Under the pieces are notes generated by a model, which saw only the letters and a list, made by a program, of their open reading frames with translations, was not told the DNA's origin and did no database searches. A DNA stretch of 63,991 bases, counting the filler, from Diploschistes diacapsis (Eukaryota), in the NCBI GenBank assembly GCA_023645945.1. It is 5 parts of 5 records of this genome, joined end to end, with 100 filler letters (N's around TTAATTAATTAA, not from the genome) between each part and the next. Parts side by side here need not be neighbours in the genome. Positions count along the whole stretch, not along the records: positions 8,350 to 16,597 come from JALAIB010001178.1; positions 16,698 to 24,937 come from JALAIB010001179.1; 3 more parts are not named here. The stretch is one strand, 5' to 3'. Both the position numbers and the translations under genes were made by a program. This document shows positions 12,542 through 25,037 of this stretch, piece by piece. Within the stretch, counting starts at the first letter, position 1. Every line of letters begins with the position of its first letter.

Positions 12542-13241
12542 GTTCAAGGGCGTTTCGGGGTCCAAGCTTTGGCTTCAGGAGAACCTTTCTTCCGCCCCAA
12601 AGAAATTCCTCTCGTAACTTTGAACTCGTCGTCTACCCATTATCCCTCCACATTCCCACTCCCACTCCCATTCCCATTCCCATTCCCTCCTCCCTCCCTC
12701 CCAACAACGCACTTCAACAGCAGTGTTGTCCTCTTCTTGTCTTCTCATCTAGTTTGCTAGATGGGATAATGACATTTTGCTAGTTCATTAGCATTTCTTC
12801 AGGGTTAAAGACTCTTCAGTCGTGTTCTGTTTGCTCTACTCTTATTCTCTGCTTCACCTGGACAGCCAAGGCACACGGTTGGCTGGCTTATTGCTTTCTC
12901 TTCTTTAAGTCCTTCTTACTGCCTAACGACCAACCGTCACGAGACTTCAGTTCAATCGTTGTATTAATATTCTAAAACTTCTGCTGCCTTTTCGTCGAAG
13001 GGTGAGTGCTCCGACCCTTCTCCATTCACATCCCCCCCAACGATACCCCCGTGAACTCTGTCCGTCGCCACAAGAGATTCTACTTGCACAGTCCAGCGTT
13101 CAAACCGTCGGTCGAGACATTCGTTACTAACTATCCTCATGAAGCAGCCCAGTAATATCGTTCCGATTTCTCTTCCATACGCTTAGCGTGCTAGTGCAAA
13201 CTTTGACGTGGTTTTCGACTTATTTACAACTTGATCAGAAC

Positions 13242-15777
13242 ATGGCTGCCCTGGTACAGTCATTCCCTCAGTCTGCATCTACCGTCACAATGCTGCAAGC
13301 TCGACCTACATCATCTTCAGGTGCCTTTCAAACAAGCAGTCCCAATCAGCATCGAGGGTCAGGAGCAGGAGCAAGAAATGGATACTCTGGCTCCAACACA
13401 ACTTCATACAGGGGGCCCACCTCTTCCACCCCCGTTGCACCCTATGCCTTTACCTCGACGCCTGCTCTGACAACAGGTCAAAATGGCTCGGGACCGAACT
13501 CTTCGACACCTTTCCTTAGTCAGGAGAACCGAGCCCTATCTGCACCTGCAGGTGCTATCCCTCCCTCGGCTCCGGGATCTCCAAGCAAGGCAAGACAGCC
13601 GTCGCCTGCCTCCAACCCCAACAATGACCCTTCTGCGAGGCTGGGCATTCTTTCTCAACCACTGGATTTGACACTGTCCGATCCGAGAATCACTACCGGT
13701 ATTGCGACAAAGCCGTCCCCAGACCGCTACCGTCGTGTACACAGAAGGTCGGAAACCAGCTCAGCAGCTTTGGCGGGCCAGGCTCCAAGTGGATCCGCCA
13801 TGCCTTCTGGATCCGGTATGGCGACTGTCGGCCACCTCTACAACTTTCCTACCCAGACAGCATCCTCTCCGTCTTTTGCCGCGTCTGTCAATGCCGCCAT
13901 GGTCACCAAAGACGATACTGCGATAAATCGGTCAACTGATCAGGCAAAAAGATACCGCCGCAGAAGCATGGCTTCCTTGAGCAACGAAGAATCTGCAAAT
14001 CCAGAGTCTGGACCTCAGCCGCCCCAACAGGCTAGAAGTTATGCTTCTGTTCTTTCAGCGCCATACAAGCCTCAACGACAAGATCAGCCGTCCTTTCACG
14101 CAAACTCTAGACCAGAATCCAGCCACGGACGTACTGGCAGTGATCATAGCAGCGCTTCATCGAAATCCTCTCGCCCATCTTCGGTAAGTTTTTTTTTTGA
14201 TCATCTTCGCAATGGCATAGCGTGGCGCTAATCTCGGGTTTAAGTCAAAGCGAGAAGGAAGCGCTGTGGGTGGACCCTCTAGCCCCACGGTGGTTACAAG
14301 TACCCCCATTTTGAAGAATGAAGTCAAAGTCATCAACGTACCACCGAGAGCATCCTCAGACGCTAGCAAGAGAATGACGAACCCGTCGCCTCTGTCTAAG
14401 CCTGTATCATTGAGCCCTGAGTCACCTATCTCGCAAAGCTCCTTTGCAAAGCTAGTACAGTCTAAGAATGACAATGCGCAACCGGTACAACTACCCGCAC
14501 CTGCTGCCAATGTTCCGGATAGCCCAGCTGCACAACAACTTGCCGCATTGTCCCGCAAGGATGGAAAGAAAGATGGCAAGTCATCTCGACTTCGTCGCGC
14601 CTTCTCGTTCGGCAGTGCTGCAGAGCTCAGAAAGGCTTCTGCGGAAAACAGCCATGCCACCAATGAGCGTAACAAGCTCAAGAAACCCCAATTCGAGACC
14701 GAAGAAGAGGCTAGGGAAGCCGCCATTGTGCAGCAACAAGAGGCTAGTGGTCTTGGGGCGAGCATTTACTCTGGGCAGGGCAACTTCTTCACGGGTTCTA
14801 CCGACAATCTGTCAATCTCCTCCACCGCTTCTTCGGCATCTATAATGCTGAGAAAGATGGGCAAAGGCGTTAAGAAGTCGACTCGTTCCCTCGTCGGTCT
14901 CTTCCGACCGAAGTCGGTCATTGGCGTCCCTTCAGCAGATGCCGCCCTCCCCGAGCCAAGCGTCGCTCAGGTCTCCATGGTAACAGTCGAAGCCGAGAGG
15001 GAGAAGGTCAATGTGAATCTGGATCCCCACGACCAAGTTGGCGGTGGAACTGGCTTCCCGAAACTTGAGAGGAACTCCATCGATGCGGCGAGCATGAGTG
15101 CCCGCGAACCTTCTCTGACGACCAGCGACAGGAGCAGCGATAATATCAAGACCAGGCGTAGTATTGTTGGTGGCGAGAGGGAGAGGGCCGAAGTACTGGC
15201 CGCGGTCAAGAAGGGCATACTGAAACGTAAGTACGTTTCGTCCAAGTCAAGGCTCCCTGATTGACTCCAAATAGGCCACGGAACGGACTCTGGAGCGTCG
15301 TCTCCCCAATCCAGGGCGGCCGACATTAGATCACCGGACTTCAATATTCCTCAGCTCCCTCGCGTTACCGACTCTCCACGTTCGAGTGCTCCACCAACTC
15401 CCAACGATGACACACCTCGTGGTCACCGCCGCACAGAATCCGTGACTATTGAGGGCGAAGATTACTTCATGTCTGCGGCACGTTTCAGCGGCTCCGAGAC
15501 CAAAAGCCTTCCAGGCACGCCAAAGAGCCTTGGCAGGAATATCTCTTTCAGCCCGAGAATTCAATTCCACGATACATGGACTGCTACCGACTACGATAGA
15601 CGCGGCGAGATCGCCACCTGCAACAGGTTGACGCCATCGCTTGCTCAGGCTATTAAAGAGGAGCTTAACTCTTTCAAGATGGTGAGCCAGACCTGTCATA
15701 TACTAGAATTAATACTGACTTTGGGCCAGGAAATGGAAGTGCACGAATCCTCCAAGGTCTACACACATTTCTTCTGA
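13242..15777 (+). CDS. BNI4: Bni4-like bud neck/septum scaffold (PP1-targeting protein), 4 coding exons
   Basis: MAALVQSFPQ start, SPDRYRR and LRRAFSF motifs, and the conserved C-terminus RNISFSPRIQFHDTW...YDRRGEIATCNRLTP..AQAIKEELNSFKMEMEVHESSKVYTHFF. Introns 14184-14244, 15227-15274 and 15682-15729 keep the frame. Confidence 0.85.
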
Positions 15778-16597
15778 GAGGTTGAGCCAAGGAACAATCC
15801 AACACTGGATTGCATGAAGGCAATCACGAACTCACGATCATGACCTCAACTTCCTGCGTACAACACTGATGCCGTCCCCTTTCCGCCTTCTGCACCTTGA
15901 GCTCCTTCGATCCATCCGTCTCCGAACAGGAACAGCAGCCTGGCAGCCCTTCGGCAGACGGGCTGTTGCCAATGGATGGCAACGGTGGCATGCTTGCTCA
16001 AGGCTTGATATCTTCCTTTCTCATTTCAGTCAAGTCTATTAGCATCGACCCACAGCAATATTTCTGTTGAGCTTCGACACATGTCCCAGCAGTTGCTCGA
16101 AGGGGACACAAGAAACTGGCACGAGTGGCGAACCTGGATTTGATAACTTGGGAGGATGGCTTTTAAGATGTTCATGTTCGCATATATTTTTCAGTCTAAT
16201 GGAGCGACTGCATTTGCGTTGAATCGGCTTTGTTCTTTGAAATACAGAACCGAGGGTTCATTTTTCTGGGTTTAGCAAGACATGGGTGGAGGACAAACGA
16301 ATTGGCATGGTGAATTTTGCAAAACCAGCGAGCAAGGGAACAAGTTGTGTCTGTAGCATTCGGGGACGGAAACCAGGCTTCGGTGTTTGAGGTGATGAAA
16401 GGTCTTCTCCTTTTTAATATCTTATTTGGGAAGCGAGCTCTTGTGTATCTCCTCTCGCCGATCAGGCTGCTCCTCATCCCCTGGCGTGCCCTTCGTGGGA
16501 TTCGCGCAGACGACTAGGTACATCTGCTGGAGTTGAAGATGGACCTTGGCGGGTAGCAGTAGGACAGGACAGGGCAGGGCAGGGCAGGGCAGGGCAG

Positions 16598-16697
16598 NNN
16601 NNNNNNNNNNNNNNNNNNNNNNNNNNNNNNNNNNNNNNNNNTTAATTAATTAANNNNNNNNNNNNNNNNNNNNNNNNNNNNNNNNNNNNNNNNNNNN
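16598..16697. other. Assembly gap linker
   Basis: Same N-TTAATTAATTAA-N construct, preceded by an (AGGGC)n microsatellite. Confidence 0.97.
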
Positions 16698-18572
16698 CCC
16701 CTATTCACCATACGCGAAATCCAGCCCCCGATCCCCTCGCCGTCCGCATCGCCCTTCCTCGCAGCTCCGTCGGCAACAATGCCGTCGCCCTCCCCATCCT
16801 TTGGCGGATCGATGTCGAGGCCCGGGATCGCGCTCTCGGCCGTGAAGTTGCCCGGCCTCCGGATGTCGAGCGAGGGGACGGGACTCCGCGAGGCGCTCAT
16901 GAGGGACTCGACCTCGGCTTCTTGCGCCGGGGTCGGCATGGCCGTTGTAGCGTCGCCAAAGAGCTGGTCCATGTCTTCGAGCCGGAGGTTGGCCGTTTCG
17001 GGGTAGATGAAGTACACTGCGAGACAGCACATCAGCACGAGGGACACCGAGTAGGATGGAAGATGGGATTGGTTGAGCCAGTCCAATGCTTACCTAGGAC
17101 AAAGCTGACGGCACAGAAGAACGCGTGGACGAGGTAGAGCCGCCACGTGATGGCATCCTGCAGTACTGGCGTCAATTCTCCGACGAGCCAGTTGAAGGCC
17201 CAGTTCGTAGCCGTGCTCAGGCTGGCGCCCTTGGCACGGATGCTCAGAGGCAGGATCTCGGGCGGGTAGAGCCAGGGAATAGGTCCCCAGGAGAAGCCGA
17301 ACGCGGCGTTGTAGACCATGACCATGATCACGACGAGCGTTGGCGTGGAGCCGATGTTGATGAAGAGGAAATACGAAATGAGCGACAGGGAGATGATCAT
17401 AGTCACGGCGCCGGAGAGAAGGATCTTCCTCCTTCCCAGGGTGTCGACAAGGTACCATGGCGGCACGGTAGAAAGAAGATACGTGATACCGTTGATACCG
17501 GTCATAAGGATGGCGTTGCGTCCGCGCCAGCCGGCGGACTCGAAGACGAGAGGCGCGTAATAGGAGATGACGTTGATGCCGTTCAGTTGCGCAAGGGCTT
17601 GGGCCGACATGGCAATGAAGACGCGCCGGTAGTATTTGCGGAACATGTCACGGTAGGAGCGCTCGCCTTCCTGGCGTTGCAGGAGAACGTCCATCTTGAT
17701 CTCGCGGTACTCTTGACGTGCCTTGTCGTTATGGATGTCCCCACCGCCGTATAGGTTGGCAATGACAACGATACCTTCCTCATCGTGGTCAGTGTCAAGC
17801 AGCCATCTGGAAACAATATTAGCGGATGATAATCCAACCCGACTTGGTCATCTTGCCCACCGAGGAGATTCGCAAATGATCAAGCTGCCCAGCCCGAGTA
17901 GAGCACCCATGAAGCACTGCAGAGCAAGCGGTACACGCCAGGACCAATTGTTGTTGATGTAGCTGCAAAAGTAATCAACCCACACGCTCGCTGCGTAGCC
18001 ACTAACGTTGCCGGTAAACTCGATGCATGCCAGACGCCCACGATTATGTGGCGGCGAGATCTCAGACTGGTAGATCGGTACGATGGTTGATAGCGCTCCG
18101 ACGCCCAGACCGGCTATGAATCGCCCGAGGAGCATCATGGGCATACCGTTGGCAGCTGTCTGCAAGGCGCCTCCTATGAAGAAGACGACCGAGCCCAGCA
18201 AGATTGTTCTCCTCCGACCCAGCATATCTCCTATCCTTCCTATCGCCAGAGAAGATATGAAAGCGCCGACCTCCAAAATAGCCACCATCGTACCGATCTC
18301 GGCTCGGCTCGGGCTGTTGAAGGCATCTATAAAGTATGGCCCGCTGCGTTGGCGTTAGCATGGCATAAGGGCGCAATAGAGGCGAAACTCACGTTATGAT
18401 ACCGGACATTACACCTTGATCATAGCCGAAAAGAAAAACACCCAACGATACGAAAACGCTCGTGAAATACCTGGACCCGTTAGCCATGCCCCTCCTGCTC
18501 AAGTCTGTATACCGACAACAATGGCTTCCCCACCAGACCAGCGGTCTGGCTCTTCTGCCTGTTCCCCGTCAT
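16698..18572 (-). CDS. MFS sugar porter (monosaccharide transporter); 3' end lost in the gap; first in-frame AUG at 18572
   Basis: Motifs LFGYDQGVMSGII, DMLGRRRT, GRFIAGLGVG, YQSEISPPHNRG, CESPRWL, QLNGINVISYY, SWGPIPWLYPPEILP and YPETA. Introns are 18471-18516, 18344-18392, 17807-17860 and 17017-17093. Confidence 0.93.
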
Positions 18573-21500
18573 GATTCCTGCAAGGGCTTTCTCAACCCGA
18601 CCAACTTTTCTCGGCGGGGGATCTGGTATCTTGATAGCCTCCTTGCTAAGAGGTAGCTTGTTCTCCTCGAGGTGGCCCTGATCCGCGTACCGAACGTGTC
18701 CGGTCTCTCTGTACCCGCTTCTCGCGGTATGTGGTGTATGTACCCGACTCCTTCCCGTACGCGGGGTGCTCAGACGCTTCCCTTCCGACGATCCCCTTAT
18801 ATCGATCTGAAGGGGATCCTCCTCGTCTGCGAGCTGCTGGGCTAGGTCGCCAGTCTCGCTGAAGAAGGAAAGGTCGGAGCCTGCCGAGTCAGAGGATCGA
18901 CGTGAGCCTCCGCGTTTCTCGTCGTGCTCGTTGTCGCTCCGTAGTGGGGAGTGCTCGTCGTCCGAATGACGGGCTGGGGGAATAAGGTTGCGGAGTGGGA
19001 TGGCGGAGGGCGTTGAGGAAGGAATTGTGCCGGTTTGTGGGAACGGGCTGACGTGGGAATCAGCCCTTCAATTACTCGGTGGGCTCAAAAATTTTGAACG
19101 TCGCGGTGATGCGAAGCCAGACTTGTGAGGTTGGAATGCGGCAGCCGATGTGGACAAGCGTGGGCAGTCGGGCCAATGGTCGGGCCTCGTGAGGGTTTTT
19201 GGGTCAGCGAAGGATAGCATGCATGCATTAGAAGAAACGGTATGCTAGAGGCTAGATGTTCTCCACGATGCAGGGAAGATGGCAGGTAAGATTTTTCAAT
19301 GGACCACGAGACCGAGAGACTGCTGGTGTAGATTCAGAAAGGGATTTGATGGGAACAGCCAGAGGTCGATGTCTAAACCGGAAGGGGGCACAGCCCATCG
19401 AACAGTGCATTTGCTCTTGCCAGCTGTAGCTGTTGGCTTTTCTCTGCAGCAAGTGCAACGGCCACCTATCGGCCTTTTGTCTCTGGCAACAACTGCCATC
19501 GGGATAGATTCTACGTGTCTCCACATATGTAAAGATGCTAACATTCGTCCATCCAGAAGAGGTCGCGCTTTCACTTCTACCGTGCAAAGCTCTTTCGGTG
19601 CAGTTCTCTGTCAAGCGGGTCGTTGCCGGATAAATTTTGTTCCGATAAGATACCGGAGATCAGCCCAACCATTCGGATCTCCTCTCCATGAGAATGAGAA
19701 AGAAAAGCATCAGCAGGCTTTCCTCCTTTCAAATCCTTCGAAGCCTATCTGAAGCAGCCTTCCCTGGTGCGGGGTGTGAGTGACAATCAACACGGTCTCG
19801 TCCGTTGTGATCATGGGCACAACCTCCCCCCTCCCATGTGGCTTTAGGCCGAAGCGCCTTTCATCCTGGCTTGCACGCGGGCGGCCATGATCTCGAGCCC
19901 TCGAGCGTGGTCAATGGTAACTTAATTACATTTCCTAAAATTAGGGCGCCAATGCTGTTACAGTATCTAAGGTGCATGTAGGTACTGCATATGCAGCGCA
20001 ACGTAATCACCTTGCGTTCCTTTTGCTATGCGAGAATATGCGAGAATATGCGCCTATATTAATATCCTAGTAGTACGACCAAGACGGATCACCATAGTCT
20101 ACATGAACCTACAGTCCCACCTGTGAACTCCTGATGGCAACTCTTTGTAGGGGTGTTAGGAAATATTGCTGGAATTACCACTAGTATGACACTGAGAATG
20201 CCGTCACCATTTTGGTGAGCAAGTCCATGTAAAACGATTGAAGCAAGTATAGTAGATACGTAAGGCCTCGAGTTCATGGAAAGTAAGTCTAAGATACCAA
20301 GCCGAGACCAGCTATGTACTTAAGACATGCATCTCAGGCCTACATTCTGATAAAAGAAGTTGATGTTCATACGGTCGTTAGCTCATTGCCAGGAATACCA
20401 GTGCTTGTATTGCTGGTATGCTGGACAAAATAACTCACTGCCAATCCATGCAGTTGCCGGTCATCATCAGTGTTGTTGCCGTCGGTGTCGTCAAATGGTG
20501 ATTCAGGGAAAGGTCCGTCATTGCAGTGGAGAAAAGAAGACGAAGGCTATGACCAAATGATAAGCTTGATATTGTTTTGTAAAATCAGTATTATGGAGCC
20601 CGGGAGACGGAGAGCAACGCTTAACTCGGGCCTAAATGTATAAATGAGGTCCCGTGCGAACAGTCTGAACCACCCAAAATGGGTTGAGGCTTCCTAGCTT
20701 CACTAAAGCATAAACCATTCCCTCATGATAACCGGCTTGAAAATAGTATCATCAGGTTTCCCTCCTCCGGTGTCGGTTTGATTCAGGCTGTGTAGTTGTG
20801 AGCCAACATACGGCAGCTTATGTGCAGTGCTGCCGGCTTCTCTGAATTCCCGATTTGATGTCCTCGTTTTTTGGGCCGTTCGTGAAGGGCTTGAAGACAG
20901 ATTTGTAACAGAGCAGAAATATGTGCTGCTTTTGACTTCGTGCCCATACATGGGGAGGCGAAGACTCGGCTTCAAGCTTGATTCACACGTTCGGGAGGAG
21001 CCCCGAGCAGCGGAGTTTATAGGCCCTGGTCTCGGTTGGAGAACCGGTAGAGACATCATCGGGACTCCCTTTCCTCTTACTGCTTTCCTCTTGATACATG
21101 CCAGACAATGTGGCCTAGCTAACAGGCCGTGTAAACAGAAACCGCACTTGCAAGATGAATTAGGATACGGTGGCATTGTCTTTGACATGGAAGTCGATCT
21201 AAGAAGTTTCTTGTAGAGTTATTAAAATGAGAAAAGAATGATCTGAAGCACCTCTAAAAGAAGGCATAGTTAACCTAAGACTTGCAGTCACCTGATGATC
21301 GTTATAGGCTCCAAGGGACAAGAATAAAGAAGGAACAGGCACCCTTTGCAGATCAGCCTTGCTCAATGGCAGAGCCGCACAAGCTTGTAGATATATAAAA
21401 AAGCCCTTCCAGAGGATAATTGCTGAGGCTCGGCACAGAGCATCTAAGATAGCCTTTCGCTTGCCACAGGACGTCGCACCCAGTAGCTGCCTTCGTCCAG

Positions 21501-22059
21501 TTGTAGCTAGACTAGGCAGACTTTGAGTCACCAAGCCGGCTCGAAGTACAAGAGCCGCTGATCGTCATGAATGGGCTGTCAGATCAAGCTTCATCTCGAT
21601 GAGCTGTCATTAGAAAACGGGATGTTGTGCCCCTCAATGCTTCAATATCTATCCTCAACACAGTGAGACGTTTGAACTTTGATACACTGACCGGAGAAAT
21701 AACGGAGCGAAGCTGCAAAGGGAACACGTCAACAGGGTTTGTTTTAGCGCGTAAGTTTTGTGGAACTCGCTGCATTTAAAGATTGAAATGAGACTCAGAA
21801 GTTGTTCATCCTGACATGACAGGCTAATACCCACCTTCGCCCAATTTGCAACAGCCACTCCTTTCTCTGGAGGGCCATCGCAGAAGAGCCTCGGCTTCGA
21901 TGTCTTGATATAGTCCTTCGCTTTCTCTTTACACACTTGTAATTACCCCAATTCTTGACATTCATTCGCCGGGCTTGGCTGTCCCCCTTACCTGCTTTTC
22001 TTCTTCTTCGGACCGGAAGTCCAGCTCTGCATCTCGTTCTGAACCACAAGACCGCAATC

Positions 22060-24451
22060 ATGGCGACTGCAACAGCAACCGGAGCTGTCCAGCATGATCA
22101 AGATCTGAGACGCCGTAATGTCGGGCAAATTGATGCCAATGGCAAGGCTCCAGGAGCCGCGGACAACGTGGACGACAAGAAAGCACAAAAGGTGAGCCTG
22201 AATTGTGGGATTTGCTCCACTAGCGACAGTCTGGCTCATTGTCTGTACAGCCATCACAAACCTCAATATTACAAACCCTCGACGAGTACGAAATAGTGAT
22301 TGCGCCACTCATCTTTACTGCATTAGCGTTCTTCACGCGAATGTGGAAAATCGGAGCATCCAACGTCGTAACATGGGATGAAGCACAGTATGGAGCCTTC
22401 TGTATTGATGTGTCGCCTGATATCCTGATCATGTTGACAGCTTTGGCAAATTCGGATCACATTATCTGAAACGAGAATTTTACTTCGATGTGCACCCTCC
22501 ATTGGGCAAGATGCTTGTAGGTCTTTCTGGGTATATTGCTGGCTATAACGGTTCCTTCGAGTTCAAATCTGGCGAAAAATATCCGGAATATGTTGATTAC
22601 ACCGTCATGCGTCTCTTCAATTCGGCCTTTGGTGCTCTCTGCATCCCCTTGGCGTACTACACTGCTCGAGAGCTTAACCTCCGAAGACCAGCCGTTTGGC
22701 TAGTGACGCTCATGGTCCTCTTCGAAAACTCTTACGCCACGATCTCTCGGTTCATTCTACTTGACTCGATGTTGCTCTTCTTCACCTTTACCACTACCTT
22801 GTGCTGGGCTCGATTCCACCGCCTACGGCATGAGAGCTTCTCTTCAGAATGGTTCACCTGGCTCTTCATGACCGGTATCAGTATTGGGTGTGTATGTAGC
22901 GTAAAGTGGGTTGGGCTTTTCTGCACGGCGCTCGTCGGTATTTATACGGCTGAGGACCTGTGGCACAAGTTTGGCGACCTTAAAATGCCACCGATCGTCC
23001 TCGGGCAGCATCTTGTCGCCCGTGTGGTTGGACTGATCATTCTGCCGTTCCTGGTGTACATCTTCTCCTTCTATATTCACTTTCTTGTCCTGGCGAATTC
23101 CGGACCGGGTGATGCTCAGATGAGTTCTCTGTTCCAGGCGAATCTTAGGGGAACTGAAGTTGGGAAAAACAGTCCCCTGGAGATTGCCTACGGTTCTAGG
23201 GCGACAATCAAGAACATGGGTTATGGCGGCGGTTTACTTCATTCGCACGTCCAGACCTATCCTGAAGGCTCGAAGCAGCAGCAAATCACTTGCTATCATC
23301 ACAAGGATGCCAACAATGACTGGTTCTTCTACCCAAACCGCAACGAGCCGGAATTCAATCCCAATGGCACACTTAAGTTTCTTGCTGACAAGGATACCAT
23401 ACGTTTGATCCACTCTCAAACCGGTCGTAATCTTCACTCTCATCAGGTTGCTGCCCCTGTAACAAAGGCCGATTGGGAAGTTTCGTGCTACGGCAACACC
23501 ACGGTTGGTGACGAGAAAGATCACTGGACTATTGAGGTGGTGAGAGATGTAGCCTCTTCAGATAGGACGAAAATTCGCACTCTGACTTCAGCGTTTCGAC
23601 TGCGTCACGTGGCGCTTGGGTGCTACTTACGGGCAGGAAACGTCAATCTTCCTCAATGGGGTTTCAAGCAGATTGAGACGACGTGTGTAAAGACCAACAA
23701 CCCTCGTGATGTCTATACTCACTGGAATGTTGAGGCTCACTGGAATGATAGACGCAAGTAGCTCGCAGAATCTCCTGGGCGTCTGCTGACCTTCTTAGTG
23801 CCCCCTGGAAACCCTGGCTCGTATAAGTCCCCATTTTGGCGAGACTTTATCCACTTGAACGTCGCCATGATGACCTCCAACAATGCCTTGGTCCCAGATC
23901 CTGACAAGCAAGATGACCTTGCCTCCAAATTTTGGCAGTGGCCGTTCCTCAATGTCGGCCTACGTATGTGTAGCTGGGATGATGGCATCATCAAGTACTT
24001 TCTCCTCGGCAACCCTGCGGTCTACTGGGGGAGCACTGCTTCGATAGGCATTTTGGGCCTGATCGTCGGTTATTATCTGGTTCGCTGGCAACGAGGCTAC
24101 GTCGATCTGAAGCAATCGGAGATTGACTACATCCACTATTCCGGACTATACCCCGTCCTTGGGTGGTTCCTCCACTACCTGCCCTTCGTTATCATGTCTC
24201 GTGTCACCTATGTCCATCATTATTACCCTGCACTTTACTTCGCCATCCTTACCGCTGGCTTCCTTATGAACTGGTCTACGAACCCCTTAGCGAAGAGGAA
24301 TAGGAGTTACGAATGGGCCGTATACGGAGGCTTATACGTTCTTGTTACCGGACTCTTCGTCTACTTCTCGCCCATTGTGTTCGGAATGACTGGGAGCAAC
24401 AAAGATTACCGCTATATGAAGTGGTTCGAGAAGTGGAGGGTCACGGACTAG
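22060..24451 (+). CDS. PMT2: Dolichyl-phosphate-mannose:protein O-mannosyltransferase, PMT2 subfamily, 4 exons
   Basis: [39 protein letters not shown] repeats (LLHSH, NLHSH) and [12 protein letters not shown]. Introns are 22192-22250, 22388-22440 and the GC-AG intron 23754-23798. Confidence 0.93.
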
Positions 24452-24937
24452 ATGTCGACAAATCAATGGACCAGAATCTTGTAGGAGAAATATTGCTGGC
24501 TTGTAGAAGCAACAAGTGCTTGAGGGCCTACTAGAAGAATCACGCGTGACGATGTAAGAGTAAAAAGTTTAAGTGGGGAAAAAGGGGATAATGGAGCACT
24601 GAGCAGTCTGGCTTAGAAGTATAGGGAAAGTTGAGGTAGAGTCTTGTTCAACGTGCTATCATACAAGGGTGAAGCAATGTGTTTTGAATTACAGATCAAA
24701 TGAGAGCGCTACTAGCCTTGCCATAACTTGTCCCTATTCTGCAGAAACTAGTTGAATCCGGCAGGTCTTTTCCTGCTTCCAACACCAAGCTCAATGCACA
24801 CCAGAGGCTGGATCCCTCGCAACCCTCACAATACCCTCCGTAGAATTATGCACAACTCGGGCCAACAAATCAAAGGAGCTGCCTCAGGTAGCATCAACAG
24901 CACCCTCCACCCCACCCCTTCTTCCCATCCCTGCTCA

Positions 24938-25037
24938 NNNNNNNNNNNNNNNNNNNNNNNNNNNNNNNNNNNNNNNNNNNNTTAATTAATTAANNNNNNN
25001 NNNNNNNNNNNNNNNNNNNNNNNNNNNNNNNNNNNNN
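24938..25037. other. Assembly gap linker
   Basis: Same N-TTAATTAATTAA-N construct. Confidence 0.97.

Noticed and set aside
12487..12690. Regular short repeats as a possible CRISPR-like array
   Set aside because: Simple micro/minisatellites without unique spacers, in a eukaryotic context.
19250..21950. ORFs of 90-160 aa between the transporter and PMT2 (including the Cys-rich 20703-21188)
   Set aside because: No family motif or coherent exon chain could be built. It might be decayed coding sequence but cannot be supported.
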